Notes: generated by a model from the letters alone, not told the origin. A DNA stretch of 63,919 nucleotides, filler included, from Acetivibrio sp. (GCF_035371925.1; 3 parts of 3 records of this genome joined end to end with filler, not necessarily neighbours in it), one strand, 5' to 3'; positions 9,242 through 19,202 are shown, counted from the whole stretch's first letter. Made by a program: numbers and translations.

Positions 9242-10668
9242 TGAATGTCCCTATTTATAATGCATTAAAAAAATATTCCGACTCATGCCCGACTGTTTTC
9301 CATATGCCGGGACACAAGCTTGGAAAAGGTATATCTTTACCGTTTTTGAGGGACTTGTATTTACTGGATTTAACGGAGATACCAGGCCTCGACAGTCTTC
9401 ACTGCCCGACGGGGATAATTAAAGAAGCTCAGGATTTGGCGGCAAGGGCTTTCGGGGCCGACAGGACTTTTTTTCTGGTAAATGGCTCAACCTGTGGAAT
9501 TCAGGCGGCAATCATGACTCTTTGTAAACCCCAAGACAAGATTATAGTTGTAAGGGACTGCCACAAGTCTGCTATTTCCGGCATGATGCTTTCTAAGGCA
9601 GTTCCCGTATATGTAAAACCGGAGTTTAACGGTTCTTTTGGCATTCCTTCAATTGTTTTGGAAAAAGAAATTGAAAAGGCCCTTATACAAAATCCTGACG
9701 CTGTTGGAGTTTACATAACGAGACCAAACTATTATGGGATATGCTCGGATATAAAGTCCATAAGTGAATTGGTCCATTCATACAACAAGGTACTGATTGT
9801 TGACGAGGCCCACGGCGCGCATTTGAAATTTTCAACGAAGCTCCCTCCGTCTTCCGTGGAATATGGAGCGGATATTTGCATTCAGAGTGCCCATAAAACC
9901 CTTCCGGCACTCACTCAAGGGGCATACCTTCATGTCAAAGGCAGCAGAGTTGATATCGAAAAGCTGGAATTTACCTTGTCTCTTTTAGAGACCACAAGTC
10001 CGTCATATATCATAATGGCCCATCTGGATATTGCCCGTGCTATTATGGAGTCAAGCGGCGAAGAAAATATCAACAGGGTGCTTGAAGGGGTGGAAATACT
10101 TTCTGGAGCGCTTTTAGAGAATGGTGTTTTTCGAATTCTTTCCGTTGACGATATAAATATAGGAGAAATTGATAGAACCAGAGTTGTTATCAATGTAAGA
10201 AATACAGGAAAAACCGGTTTTGAAATTGAAAAAGTTTTAAGAAATCAATATAATATTCAGGTGGAAATGTCCGATTTATATAATGTTGTGTGCATTACTA
10301 CCGTAGCGGACACCCTAGAAGATATAATGAGGCTTCAAAGGGCATTTCTCCATATGGCTCAATGCCTTAAAAATGAGGGTACGCAAAGAAATTTGGAAAG
10401 AGAATTGGAGATAGACGGCTTGAATATACCGGAGCAAAGGATGGAGCTGGCTGCTGTCATGCACAGGGGTTTTGTAAAAAGAAAGCTTTCCGATGCCGTA
10501 GGGTTTGTGAGCAGAGCTATGATAACTCCATATCCGCCGGGAATACCGGTAGTATGTCCGGGGGAAGTTATAAGTAAAGATATCGCTGAGTACGTCATGA
10601 GAGTTATTGAAGCCGGCGGTGCGGTAAACGGGGTATCTTCAAGCCTAGAGGTTGATGTGATTGACTAG
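9241..10668 (+). CDS. Orn/Lys/Arg decarboxylase family PLP enzyme (YaaO-like)
   Basis: FHMPGHK, FFLVNGST, VDEAHGAH, QSAHKT (PLP lysine), ITPYPPGIP; sits before tmk as in Bacillota. Confidence 0.92.
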   Translation: MNVPIYNALKKYSDSCPTVFHMPGHKLGKGISLPFLRDLYLLDLTEIPGLDSLHCPTGIIKEAQDLAARAFGADRTFFLVNGSTCGIQAAIMTLCKPQDKIIVVRDCHKSAISGMMLSKAVPVYVKPEFNGSFGIPSIVLEKEIEKALIQNPDAVGVYITRPNYYGICSDIKSISELVHSYNKVLIVDEAHGAHLKFSTKLPPSSVEYGADICIQSAHKTLPALTQGAYLHVKGSRVDIEKLEFTLSLLETTSPSYIIMAHLDIARAIMESSGEENINRVLEGVEILSGALLENGVFRILSVDDINIGEIDRTRVVINVRNTGKTGFEIEKVLRNQYNIQVEMSDLYNVVCITTVADTLEDIMRLQRAFLHMAQCLKNEGTQRNLERELEIDGLNIPEQRMELAAVMHRGFVKRKLSDAVGFVSRAMITPYPPGIPVVCPGEVISKDIAEYVMRVIEAGGAVNGVSSSLEVDVID

Positions 10669-10692
10669 CAAAACCATGTAAAGGGGATTTTT

Positions 10693-11376
10693 ATGAAAGG
10701 CAAGCTAATAATAATTGAGAGCGGGGCCGATGCCAGCGGAAAAGCGACTCAGACAGGCAAGCTGTATGAACGGCTGGTGGAGGAGGGGCATAAAGTAAGA
10801 AAAATTACTTTTCCCAACTATGACAGTGACTCTTCAGCTTTGGTTAAAATGTATTTAAACGGTGATTTCGGGAAAAATCCCAATGATGTAAGTCCCTATG
10901 TCGCATCCACATTTTATGCGGTGGACAGGTTTGCATCCTACAGGACTGACTGGGGGCAGGCCTATAATGACGGGTGGATAATTCTTGCCGATAGATACAC
11001 CACCTCCAATATGGTGCATCAGGCGGCAAAAATAAAGGATTTGGAGGAAAAAGACCGCTTTCTTGACTGGCTGTGGAATTTCGAGTTTGGAATTTACAAG
11101 CTTCCGGTGCCCGACTGTGTTATATTTTTGGACATGCCTCCTTCTTACAGCAAAGAGCTTATGAAGGAAAGGGCAAACAAGTTTACCGGAGAGCAGAAAA
11201 AGGATATACACGAGAGAAATGATGAATATTTAATGGAATCTTACAGGAATTCCCTGTATATTGCCAAAAAATATAACTGGATTATGATTAATTGCGTGGA
11301 AAATGGGAATTTAAAAAAGATAGATGAAATTCAAGAGAAGGTTTATGAAGCCGTAAGTGGGATAATCAGTAAGTAA
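10693..11376 (+). CDS. tmk: Thymidylate kinase
   Basis: P-loop variant ESGADASGKATQ; LADRYTTS motif; synteny. Confidence 0.9.
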   Translation: MKGKLIIIESGADASGKATQTGKLYERLVEEGHKVRKITFPNYDSDSSALVKMYLNGDFGKNPNDVSPYVASTFYAVDRFASYRTDWGQAYNDGWIILADRYTTSNMVHQAAKIKDLEEKDRFLDWLWNFEFGIYKLPVPDCVIFLDMPPSYSKELMKERANKFTGEQKKDIHERNDEYLMESYRNSLYIAKKYNWIMINCVENGNLKKIDEIQEKVYEAVSGIISK

Positions 11377-11535
11377 AGGCCTTTGTTGAAGTTATGGATT
11401 TCAACTATTATAATAGAACTGAAATATAATAGAACTGAAAAATGCTTTTGTTTATGCAGGCTTAAGGCGACATTTGTTATGTTACAGGCTTTACCGGAGT
11501 AATAAATCAAACTTCCGCAAATGGAGTGAGAAGCT

Positions 11536-11988
11536 ATGAAGATTGGAGAAAGCACCAGCAAGACGACGGATCTGCGTGAGATTTCCGGACATGAACCGAA
11601 GAAGGTGGCCGACAGCAATGGAGCCAATTTTAAAAGGCATTTAAAGGAATTTGACAATCGCAATCATGAGGAAAGAATCCGTGCTCTGGTAAGTCAGATT
11701 GAGGAGCAGGGGAAAAAACTCAGCCAGAAGGTAGATGTAAGGGAGCTTAAGATTTATAAAAGGCTTATTTCCGATTTTCTGGATGAAGTCTTGCACCACT
11801 CCCATATGTTTTCAAAGGACAGCTATCTTGACAGAAGGGGCAGATACAAAGTTTATGCTACGGTAAAGAAAATAAATGCTGAGTTGGATGAGCTGACAAA
11901 AGAAGTTCTTGATTCCGAGGGGGACAACATTAACATACTGCAAAGAATTGAGGATATAAGAGGTCTTGTTTTGGACCTTATGTTGTAA
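11536..11988 (+). CDS. yaaR: YaaR (DUF327) family protein
   Basis: IEEQGKKL..YKRLISDFL..RRGRYK..IRGLVLDL pattern; located between tmk and holB. Confidence 0.85.
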   Translation: MKIGESTSKTTDLREISGHEPKKVADSNGANFKRHLKEFDNRNHEERIRALVSQIEEQGKKLSQKVDVRELKIYKRLISDFLDEVLHHSHMFSKDSYLDRRGRYKVYATVKKINAELDELTKEVLDSEGDNINILQRIEDIRGLVLDLML

Positions 11989-12026
11989 TCTTTTGCAAAA
12001 GTATTTTGTTATGGCAGGGGTGTGTT

Positions 12027-13016
12027 GTGGATTTTAACGCAATTATCGGCCAAAAAGATGTTGTTGAAGGCCTTAAAACATTGATAAACAACGACAAGAT
12101 AGGACATGCATATATATTTTACGGACCTGAGGGAATAGGAAAGAGTACGGTTGCAAAGATTTTTGCATCCGTATTGATGTGCTCGGACAATACGGGGGAT
12201 AAAAGCTGCGGCAGTTGTCAATCCTGCCGTCTTTTTGAAAATGGAACCAATCCCGACTTTAGCGTTTTGGAATGCAAAGGTTTAAGCATAGGTGTTGAGG
12301 AGATAAGGAATTTGCAGCATGACATATGCGTAAGACCGCTTTATTCCAAAAGAAAGGTGTATTTAATCCGGCAAGCGGAGAAAATGACCCCTCAGGCTCA
12401 GAATTGTCTCTTAAAGACCCTTGAGGAGCCGCCGGAATATGCGGTTATTATACTTGCGGCATCAAATTATGAGGCTCTTTTAGAGACTATACGTTCAAGG
12501 AGTGTAAGGATTGACTTTAAAAAAAATACCTTTGACGAGGTAAAGAGATTTATTATAAATAGGGCAGGAGGAGACTTTGAGCAAGCGGATTTTATAGCCT
12601 CATATGCCGACGGGGTAATTGGCAGGGCTATAAAGCTTATGGAGTCGGAAGAGTTCAAAGAGCTTCGGGAAAAAGCTATTGATGCAGTAATTAAGCTTTC
12701 CGGTTCCGATTTTGAGAATTTGCTGGATATTTCCCGGATGTTTGACGAGAACAAAGACAGTGTGGACTCCATACTGGATATCATGCTCTTGTTTTACAGA
12801 GATTTGCTTGTAGTCGGGAAATATGGAAATGAAAAATTGTTGATTAATTCTGATAAAAAGGATATCATATTAAAGAACACGGGCAAATTTTCTGTTGGAA
12901 AACTGTTGAAAAATATAGATATAATAGAAAAGACAAGGAATAATCTGGAACAGAACGCAAATTATCAGCTTGCTATAGAGGTTATGCTTATGAAGCTTCA
13001 GGAGGAAAATGCATAA
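12027..13016 (+). CDS. holB: DNA polymerase III subunit delta'
   Basis: HAYIFYGPEGIGK; zinc motif CGSCQSC; AQNCLLKTLEEPP; probable GTG start at 12027. Confidence 0.93.
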   Translation: MDFNAIIGQKDVVEGLKTLINNDKIGHAYIFYGPEGIGKSTVAKIFASVLMCSDNTGDKSCGSCQSCRLFENGTNPDFSVLECKGLSIGVEEIRNLQHDICVRPLYSKRKVYLIRQAEKMTPQAQNCLLKTLEEPPEYAVIILAASNYEALLETIRSRSVRIDFKKNTFDEVKRFIINRAGGDFEQADFIASYADGVIGRAIKLMESEEFKELREKAIDAVIKLSGSDFENLLDISRMFDENKDSVDSILDIMLLFYRDLLVVGKYGNEKLLINSDKKDIILKNTGKFSVGKLLKNIDIIEKTRNNLEQNANYQLAIEVMLMKLQEENA

Positions 13017-13888
13017 TGGTAAAGGTGGTTGGAGTAAGATTTAAAAGAGCGGGGAAAATATATTATTTTGACCCCGGCGATTTAGAGATAAATCTAAATG
13101 AAAATGTAATTGTAGAGACGGCAAGAGGAATTGAGTTTGGTCAGGTTGTAGTGCCAAACACTGAGGTCGGCGAGGAAGAAATAGTTGCTCCATTAAAGAA
13201 GGTTATCCGGGTTGCGACGGAAGAGGACAAGGAGCATCATGAGGATAATGTGAGAAGAGAAAAAGAAGCTTTTGATATTTGTCTTCAGAAAATCTCAAAT
13301 CACAATCTGGAAATGAAACTGATTGATGTGGAGTATACCTTTGACAACAACAAGATACTGTTTTATTTTACCGCAGACGGAAGAGTGGATTTCAGGGAGC
13401 TGGTAAAAGACCTTGCTTCGGTTTTTAGGACAAGAATCGAGCTAAGGCAGATTGGTGTAAGGGACGAAGCCAAAATGATGGGAGGTTTGGGAGTTTGCGG
13501 CCGTGTTCTTTGTTGCAATTCGTTCCTTGGCGAATTCCAGCCCGTTTCCATAAAGATGGCGAAGGAGCAAGGGTTGTCCTTGAATCCCACAAAAATATCC
13601 GGTGCCTGCGGAAGGCTTATGTGCTGCTTGAAATATGAGCAGGAGGCATATGAGGAAATAATCTCCAGAGTGCCGAAAGAGGGGGCTATTGTAGAGACTC
13701 CTGAAGGCCAGGGGGTCGTAATGTCAGTGAGCTTGTTAAAAGAACTGGTGAAGGTAAAGCTTGACCGGGACAATGAAACCGATCTTAAGGTTTACAAGGC
13801 ATCGGAGGTAAAGATCATAAAAGATGTAACCCGTGAAGAGCCGGAGGAAGAAATAGATTTGGATGAGTTAAAGCAGCTCGAAGATTGA
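13016..13888 (+). CDS. ricT: PSP1-domain protein RicT/YaaT
   Basis: RVDFRELVKDLA..RIELRQIGVRDEAK; CGRVLCC; CGRLMCCL. Confidence 0.93.
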   Translation: MVKVVGVRFKRAGKIYYFDPGDLEINLNENVIVETARGIEFGQVVVPNTEVGEEEIVAPLKKVIRVATEEDKEHHEDNVRREKEAFDICLQKISNHNLEMKLIDVEYTFDNNKILFYFTADGRVDFRELVKDLASVFRTRIELRQIGVRDEAKMMGGLGVCGRVLCCNSFLGEFQPVSIKMAKEQGLSLNPTKISGACGRLMCCLKYEQEAYEEIISRVPKEGAIVETPEGQGVVMSVSLLKELVKVKLDRDNETDLKVYKASEVKIIKDVTREEPEEEIDLDELKQLED

Positions 13889-14037
13889 CATTGCCACAAG
13901 GCTTGCGAATAAATTTGCCTTTGAATAAAAAAAAGTGGTTTGCATTCCACTATTTTAGTGGTAAAATTATAAAGTCAGTAGGTTATTTTACTTTTAAGCT
14001 TACTAAAGGCAAATATGTATAGGAGGTGTACCATACA

Positions 14038-14208
14038 ATGGCATATTTCATAAGTGATGCTTGCATCAGCTGCGGTGCTTGCGAGTCTGAATGCCCGGTA
14101 TCTTGTATTTCAGCAGGAGACAGCGTTTATATAATAGATGCTGACGCTTGTATAGAATGTGGGGCCTGTGCGAATGTTTGCCCTGTTGATGCTCCACAAC
14201 AGAAATAA
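14038..14208 (+). CDS. 2[4Fe-4S] ferredoxin
   Basis: Two CxxCxxCxxxCP motifs; RBS AGGAGG. Confidence 0.95.
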   Translation: MAYFISDACISCGACESECPVSCISAGDSVYIIDADACIECGACANVCPVDAPQQK

Positions 14209-14218
14209 TAGTGTGTCT

Positions 14219-14263
14219 AAAAGGGGTCGAAAAGGGCATATGCCTTTCTTTGACCTCTTTTTT
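14219..14263 (+). terminator. Intrinsic terminator after the ferredoxin gene
   Basis: AAAAGGGGTCGAAAAGGGCA..TGCCTTTCTTTGACCTCTTTTTT hairpin plus U-tract. Confidence 0.75.
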
Positions 14264-14312
14264 ATGCCTCAAAGCGGAGGTATCCCAAAATTTTGATATT
14301 GATACAAGATGA

Positions 14313-15083
14313 ATGCAGGTGTTTGGTTTGGAAATAAAATTGTATGAGAATGAAAGAATAGATGATTTACAGTGTAAAGGGCTAAAAATAATTCAAAAGA
14401 AAGACGGTTTTTGCTTCGGACTTGATGCTGTATTGCTGGCAAATTTTGCAGACATAAAAAAAGGTGATGCTGTAATTGACCTTGGCACTGGTACCGGTAT
14501 CATATCAATTCTGATTGCCGGAAAAACCGAGGCAAAGTCCGTAACAGGGCTTGAGATTCAGGAAGAGATGGCCGAAATGGCTCAAAGAAGTGTAGAGCTC
14601 AATAATATTGGTGACCGTGTAAAGATAGTATGCGGAGACATTAAAAACAGTGTTGAGATGTTTGGAGCATCAAAGTTCAACGTTGTGGTTACAAACCCTC
14701 CTTATATGAACCAGGGAGGAGGGCTTTTAAATATAAGCGATACAAAGGCAATTTCAAGGCATGAAATAAAGTGCACTTTGGAAGACGTAATAAAGGCATC
14801 GTCAAAACTGCTGGTGCCTGGCGGGCAGTTTGCAATGGTTCACAGGCCCGACAGGCTTGTGGACATAGTTTGGCTTATGAGAAAGTACTCTATAGAGCCA
14901 AAGTACCTGCAATTTGTACATCCGGCTCCCCACAAAAAAGCAAACCTTTTGCTTATAAAGGGTGCAAGGCAGGGGGGAGTCCAGCTTAAGATGATGGAGC
15001 CGTTGTACGTTTATGACGAGAACGGTAATTATTCCAAAGAGATAGACAATATTTACGGCAGAGAGGTAAGGAACATTGAGTAG
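14313..15083 (+). CDS. tRNA1(Val) A37 N6-methyltransferase (YabB/TrmN6 family)
   Basis: IDLGTGTG SAM motif; VTNPPY; ARHE-type motif (ISRHE). Confidence 0.88.
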   Translation: MQVFGLEIKLYENERIDDLQCKGLKIIQKKDGFCFGLDAVLLANFADIKKGDAVIDLGTGTGIISILIAGKTEAKSVTGLEIQEEMAEMAQRSVELNNIGDRVKIVCGDIKNSVEMFGASKFNVVVTNPPYMNQGGGLLNISDTKAISRHEIKCTLEDVIKASSKLLVPGGQFAMVHRPDRLVDIVWLMRKYSIEPKYLQFVHPAPHKKANLLLIKGARQGGVQLKMMEPLYVYDENGNYSKEIDNIYGREVRNIE

Positions 15084-15918
15084 CAAAGGAACACTGTATC
15101 TTGTTGCAACTCCCATTGGAAACCTTGAGGACATAACCTTAAGGGCAATACGGGTGCTGAAAGAGGTAGACCTTATAGCTGCCGAAGACACAAGGCAGAC
15201 AATAAAGCTTCTTAACCACTTTGACATAAAAAAGCCTATGGTGAGTTACTATGAACACAACAAGGTTGTAAAAGGCAATTATCTTGTGGAGCAGCTTTTG
15301 GAGGGAAAGAACATTGCACTGGTATCCGATGCCGGTACGCCGGGAATTTCCGACCCTGGAGAGGATATGGTAAAGCTCTGTATTGAAAATGAAATTCCGT
15401 TCACCATGGTTCCGGGACCTGTAGCGGCTGTGACGGGACTTGTTCTGTCCGGATTTCTTTCCGGAAGGTTTGTTTTCGAAGGATTTTTGCCGATGAACAA
15501 AAGAGCAAGGAAAGAACGAATCAATTCATTAAAGGATGAGATACGAACCATCGTTTTTTATGAAGCTCCCCACAAGCTTGTTTACACCTTGAAGGATCTT
15601 TACGAGGTTTTGGGAAACAGAAGAATAGCATTGGCACGGGAGCTTACGAAAAAGTTTGAAGAGGTCTTACGGTGCACCCTCAAAGAAGCGATAGAAAGGT
15701 ATGAGAGTGAACCGCCAAGGGGAGAATATGTCCTTGTCGTGGAAGGCGCAGACGAAAAACAGTTGATTGAAGACAAAAAGAATGAATGGAATTTAATGAG
15801 TATTTCGGAGCATTATCAGATTTACATAGATCAGGGTCTTTCAAAAAAGGAAGCAATGAAAAAGGTTGCAGACGATAGGGGAATAAGCAGAAGAGAGGTT
15901 TACAATGCCTTGATTTGA
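15076..15918 (+). CDS. rsmI: 16S rRNA C1402 2'-O-methyltransferase
   Basis: LYLVATPIGNLEDIT, AAEDTR, SDAGTPGISDPG, ARELTKKFEE. Confidence 0.95.
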   Translation: MSSKGTLYLVATPIGNLEDITLRAIRVLKEVDLIAAEDTRQTIKLLNHFDIKKPMVSYYEHNKVVKGNYLVEQLLEGKNIALVSDAGTPGISDPGEDMVKLCIENEIPFTMVPGPVAAVTGLVLSGFLSGRFVFEGFLPMNKRARKERINSLKDEIRTIVFYEAPHKLVYTLKDLYEVLGNRRIALARELTKKFEEVLRCTLKEAIERYESEPPRGEYVLVVEGADEKQLIEDKKNEWNLMSISEHYQIYIDQGLSKKEAMKKVADDRGISRREVYNALI

Positions 15919-15941
15919 TGAGTTGGGCTTAAAAGCAAAAA

Positions 15942-15970
15942 CAAAAGGGACTTTCGGCAAGTCCTCTTTG
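15942..15970. terminator. Bidirectional terminator between rsmI and abrB
   Basis: CAAAAGGGACTT-TCGGC-AAGTCCTCTTTG hairpin between convergent genes. Confidence 0.65.
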
Positions 15971-15994
15971 TAATTATGTTGATTTATGAAGCTA

Positions 15995-16234
15995 TTATTT
16001 CTTCAATTCTCTCATACAGTCAGGGCAGATGTTCTTACCTTTATAAACTGTAACATCTTTTGCGTTTCCGCAGAAGATACAAGCAGGCTCATATTTTTTG
16101 AGTATGATTGTTGCGCCGTCAACATAGATTTCAAGTGCGTCCTTTTCGGCAATGTCGAGTGTCCTTCTCAATTCGATAGGCAGAACAACCCTTCCTAATT
16201 CATCAACTTTTCTTACGATTCCAGTAGATTTCAT
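15995..16234 (-). CDS. abrB: Transition-state regulator AbrB
   Basis: MKSTGIVRKVDELGRVVLPIELRR; start at 16234 after RBS AGAGGAGGA; C-terminal CxxC/CxxC. Confidence 0.96.
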   Translation of the reverse strand: MKSTGIVRKVDELGRVVLPIELRRTLDIAEKDALEIYVDGATIILKKYEPACIFCGNAKDVTVYKGKNICPDCMRELKK

Positions 16235-16261
16235 AATTGATCCTCCTCTAAAAATACAGTA

Positions 16262-16312
16262 TTCGACAAACTTCTTATTTCCCATGATACCATAAATACC
16301 AATAATAGTCAA
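16262..16312 (-). promoter_or_regulatory. abrB sigma-A promoter with a Spo0A box just downstream
   Basis: Minus strand TTGACT(16312-16307)-N17-TATCAT(16289-16284); perfect 0A box TGTCGAA at 16268-16262. Confidence 0.75.
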
Positions 16313-16536
16313 CAATATTTTAAAAAAATTCAATAATATTCAATAAAAATTTGTGGTGAGATTGTAAGTTAATACTAGTAATAATTTTGATATTGTCACA
16401 GATAAGCATTAAATTAACTTTATCGAATAATAAACTAAACAAATAGGAGAACTGGGGATTAGATAACGATATGGAAATAAAGGGATATATAGCCATTATA
16501 TAACTGGCAAATTTCTTTAAATGCGATTTGCTGAAA

Positions 16537-16543
16537 TTCGACA
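16537..16543 (-). promoter_or_regulatory. Second perfect Spo0A box in the abrB-spmA intergenic region
   Basis: TTCGACA on the plus strand equals TGTCGAA on the minus strand. Confidence 0.45.
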
Positions 16544-16664
16544 AGTTAATTATAGCACAGAAATTGAAATAGGTGGATTAATTTGAAGTTGTGGGCATGG
16601 AATATTGTCCGATAAATCCTCATATAGATTATTAGTATTAATGACATTAAATGGGGCTTGTGAT

Positions 16665-17297
16665 GTGTTAAATTACATCTGGTTTGCAATGCTTATAACA
16701 GGATTTGCAGTCGGCATAATCAACGGAAGGATTGATGAACTTACCCAGGCAGTGGTGGATTCGTCCAAAAGTGCTGTGGAGATAAGCATAGGTCTTTTAG
16801 GTATTATGTGCCTGTGGACGGGACTGATGGAGGTTGCGGAAAAGAGCGGAATTGTAAGGGGTATTGCAAAAGCTGTAAGACCCGTTATGAAGTTTTTGTT
16901 TCCGGGAATACCGAAGGGCCATCCGGCAGGAGGGGCCATTGTCATGAATCTTGTGGCAAACTTTCTGGGGCTGGGCAATGCGGCCACCCCCTTGGGAATA
17001 AAGGCCATGAATGAGCTTCAAAAGCTAAACCCCAACAAGGATACTGCCACAAATGAGATGAGTATGTTTCTTGTTTTGAATACAGCCTGTATTCAGTTCA
17101 TTCCCGCAACGATAATTGCATTAAGGGCGGCGGCAGGTTCAAAGAATCCTGCCGAAATTATAGGTACCATATGGGTGGCGAGCATTTGCGCTTTCATTGC
17201 AGGAATCATTGCGGCAAAAATATTGTCATCCTTTTCTAAGGGTAAATCCCAAACTAAAAAAGGTTTGGAAAATAAAACGGTACGGAGGAAAGCATGA
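16665..17297 (+). CDS. spmA: Spore maturation protein A
   Basis: MLNYIWF start (GTG16665); ANFLGLGNAATPLGIKAMNELQ motif. Confidence 0.93.
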   Translation: MLNYIWFAMLITGFAVGIINGRIDELTQAVVDSSKSAVEISIGLLGIMCLWTGLMEVAEKSGIVRGIAKAVRPVMKFLFPGIPKGHPAGGAIVMNLVANFLGLGNAATPLGIKAMNELQKLNPNKDTATNEMSMFLVLNTACIQFIPATIIALRAAAGSKNPAEIIGTIWVASICAFIAGIIAAKILSSFSKGKSQTKKGLENKTVRRKA

Positions 17298-17827
17298 GTG
17301 TCGTAAAAGAACTGTCTTCTTATGCCATACCGGCATTGTTTTTTGTTATTTTGTGTGTCGGACTGTACAGAGGGGTAAAGGTATATGATGTCTTTTTGGA
17401 GGGGGCAAAGGAAGGTATTACTACTGTTTTAAGGATTATACCGCCGCTGGTGGGCCTTATGGTTGCTGTCGGAGTGTTTAGGGCTTCGGGAGCATTGGAC
17501 CTTTTGGTCTATGCAGTAAAACCGGTTGCCGACTTCTTAAAAATACCAACGGAAGCTTTACCCATGATTTTTCTTCGGCCCATTTCCGGGAGCGCATCTT
17601 TGGCAATGCTGTCCGACATATTTAAAATGTATGGGCCGGACTCTTTTGCGGGACGTGTGGCATCAACCTTCATGGGCTCTACCGAAACCATATTTTATAC
17701 CCTTGCGGTATATTTCGGTGCAGTAGGTATAAAAAATATACGCCATACTTTGGCCGCCGCTCTTATAGCCGATTTTGTCGGTGTAATTGCTGCCGTATGG
17801 ATATGTACAAAAGTTTTCGGAGGATGA
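17294..17827 (+). CDS. spmB: Spore maturation protein B
   Basis: VYDVFLEGAKEG, RPISGS, GSTETIFYTLAVYFGAVGIK. Confidence 0.93.
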   Translation: MSVVKELSSYAIPALFFVILCVGLYRGVKVYDVFLEGAKEGITTVLRIIPPLVGLMVAVGVFRASGALDLLVYAVKPVADFLKIPTEALPMIFLRPISGSASLAMLSDIFKMYGPDSFAGRVASTFMGSTETIFYTLAVYFGAVGIKNIRHTLAAALIADFVGVIAAVWICTKVFGG

Positions 17828-17831
17828 TAAC

Positions 17832-18878
17832 TTAGAGCCTTCCGTAAATTCTCAATAATTTGCACAGGTTGTAGTAAAAGCGCGCCTCAGAGCCGGATTT
17901 TTTCATGATATTTGTGCTGGCAATCCTGTTCATACCGTGATAAGCTTGGGGATCCGAGAGGTAAAGGGCGATTATTGTTTTGACTATGGTACTGTGAAAT
18001 TTCGGATATTTGAGACAGTTGCAGCTTTCCAAAGCCTTTTCGATAAAAAATATGATTCTTTCTTCGCACATTTTTAAATTTTTATAGTAAGAGGTTAGGT
18101 TTATACTGCTATTTTCCATTTGCCCGTTTACATTGACAAAGTGGCGAAGCAGTGCATGAAGCCCGCAAATCCACGGGAAATACGCATTCCATATATTGTC
18201 TGCTTCTTCTTTTGTAAGATAGGGGTCGTGGGCACAAGCGAACAAGACAAATACCAGAAGGGGCGATGCTGATGCGGCAACAATTTCCCCTTTGGATATG
18301 CCCGAATTCTCATTGTAATACCTGTTTACCCATTCCTCGATTTTTTTATCCCTCAATTCTTTGTCCAAGTGGGAGTATGTCATAAAGTCCGAGTACATTT
18401 GAATGAACTTTTTTAATTGCGTTATGACAAGATTGTATGAAGAAAGCATCACAACCTGGTTTCTGCATCTTTCTATAAGCTTTGTTATGATTGTGATATC
18501 TTCATTGGAAAGGCCGTTTAGGTAGCCGACGGAGATTTTTCTTTTAGGGTCAACCGCGTCCCTCAATGAGAGATAAAGGCGGCTGAACAGAGCCTCATCT
18601 TTATTCTTGATGTTGCTGCAAATCAAATTTATATAACAATCGATGGCCTGAAACGAAATTATAAAATCCAGAGCGTTGTCGAGGTTCACGCCGGGATAGA
18701 GCGCGTAAATGCCTGCTTCGCCGGATGTAAGCTTTTTTAGTGATGAAGATATGTCTTCCGGATTGCTGTATTTGTTTTCAAAAATCTTATATTCCCTAAA
18801 GAGGGAACGGGATTTTGGATATATATCGCTGACACATTTCAGCATAAGCTTGGGGCCGTGAGAGCATCGGATAATCAT
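17832..18878 (-). CDS. DUF2600 / YtpB (tetraprenyl-beta-curcumene synthase)-like protein with degenerate motifs
   Basis: Family-like blocks FIISFQAIDCY..SLRDAVDP, AASASPLLVFVLFA, AYFPWICGLHALL, CEERIIFFIEKA, IIALYLSDP. Confidence 0.7.
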   Translation of the reverse strand: MIIRCSHGPKLMLKCVSDIYPKSRSLFREYKIFENKYSNPEDISSSLKKLTSGEAGIYALYPGVNLDNALDFIISFQAIDCYINLICSNIKNKDEALFSRLYLSLRDAVDPKRKISVGYLNGLSNEDITIITKLIERCRNQVVMLSSYNLVITQLKKFIQMYSDFMTYSHLDKELRDKKIEEWVNRYYNENSGISKGEIVAASASPLLVFVLFACAHDPYLTKEEADNIWNAYFPWICGLHALLRHFVNVNGQMENSSINLTSYYKNLKMCEERIIFFIEKALESCNCLKYPKFHSTIVKTIIALYLSDPQAYHGMNRIASTNIMKKSGSEARFYYNLCKLLRIYGRL

Positions 18879-19202
18879 AATTTTCCTCCTTGCAAGCTTC
18901 TTGAAATTTACCGTGTAAAAGTTGCGGTACTATATAAATATTCCCAATATTATTATTTTTCCACCAAAGGTAATTCTTCAATTATAATTTGGCTTCAATA
19001 ATTATTAATAATTATTCTTCCCATTTTATGCATGTATAAAAGCGATTATGAGAGAATTGTGAAAAAATCCGTCCGTCAATCTGAATCTCCTTGAAAAATG
19101 AACAGTATATATGTATATTAGTATTAATGGCAAATGTGGACGGCAATAATAAGTCTGAATATTATTATCGAATAATGCTTTATTGTACAAGGAGGAAAAT
19201 AG

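Noticed and set aside
18879..19202. T-box or SAM riboswitch upstream of metG
   Set aside because: No T-box (GGTGGNACCGCG) or S-box core; a promoter-like TTGAAA..TATATT lies close to the gene.
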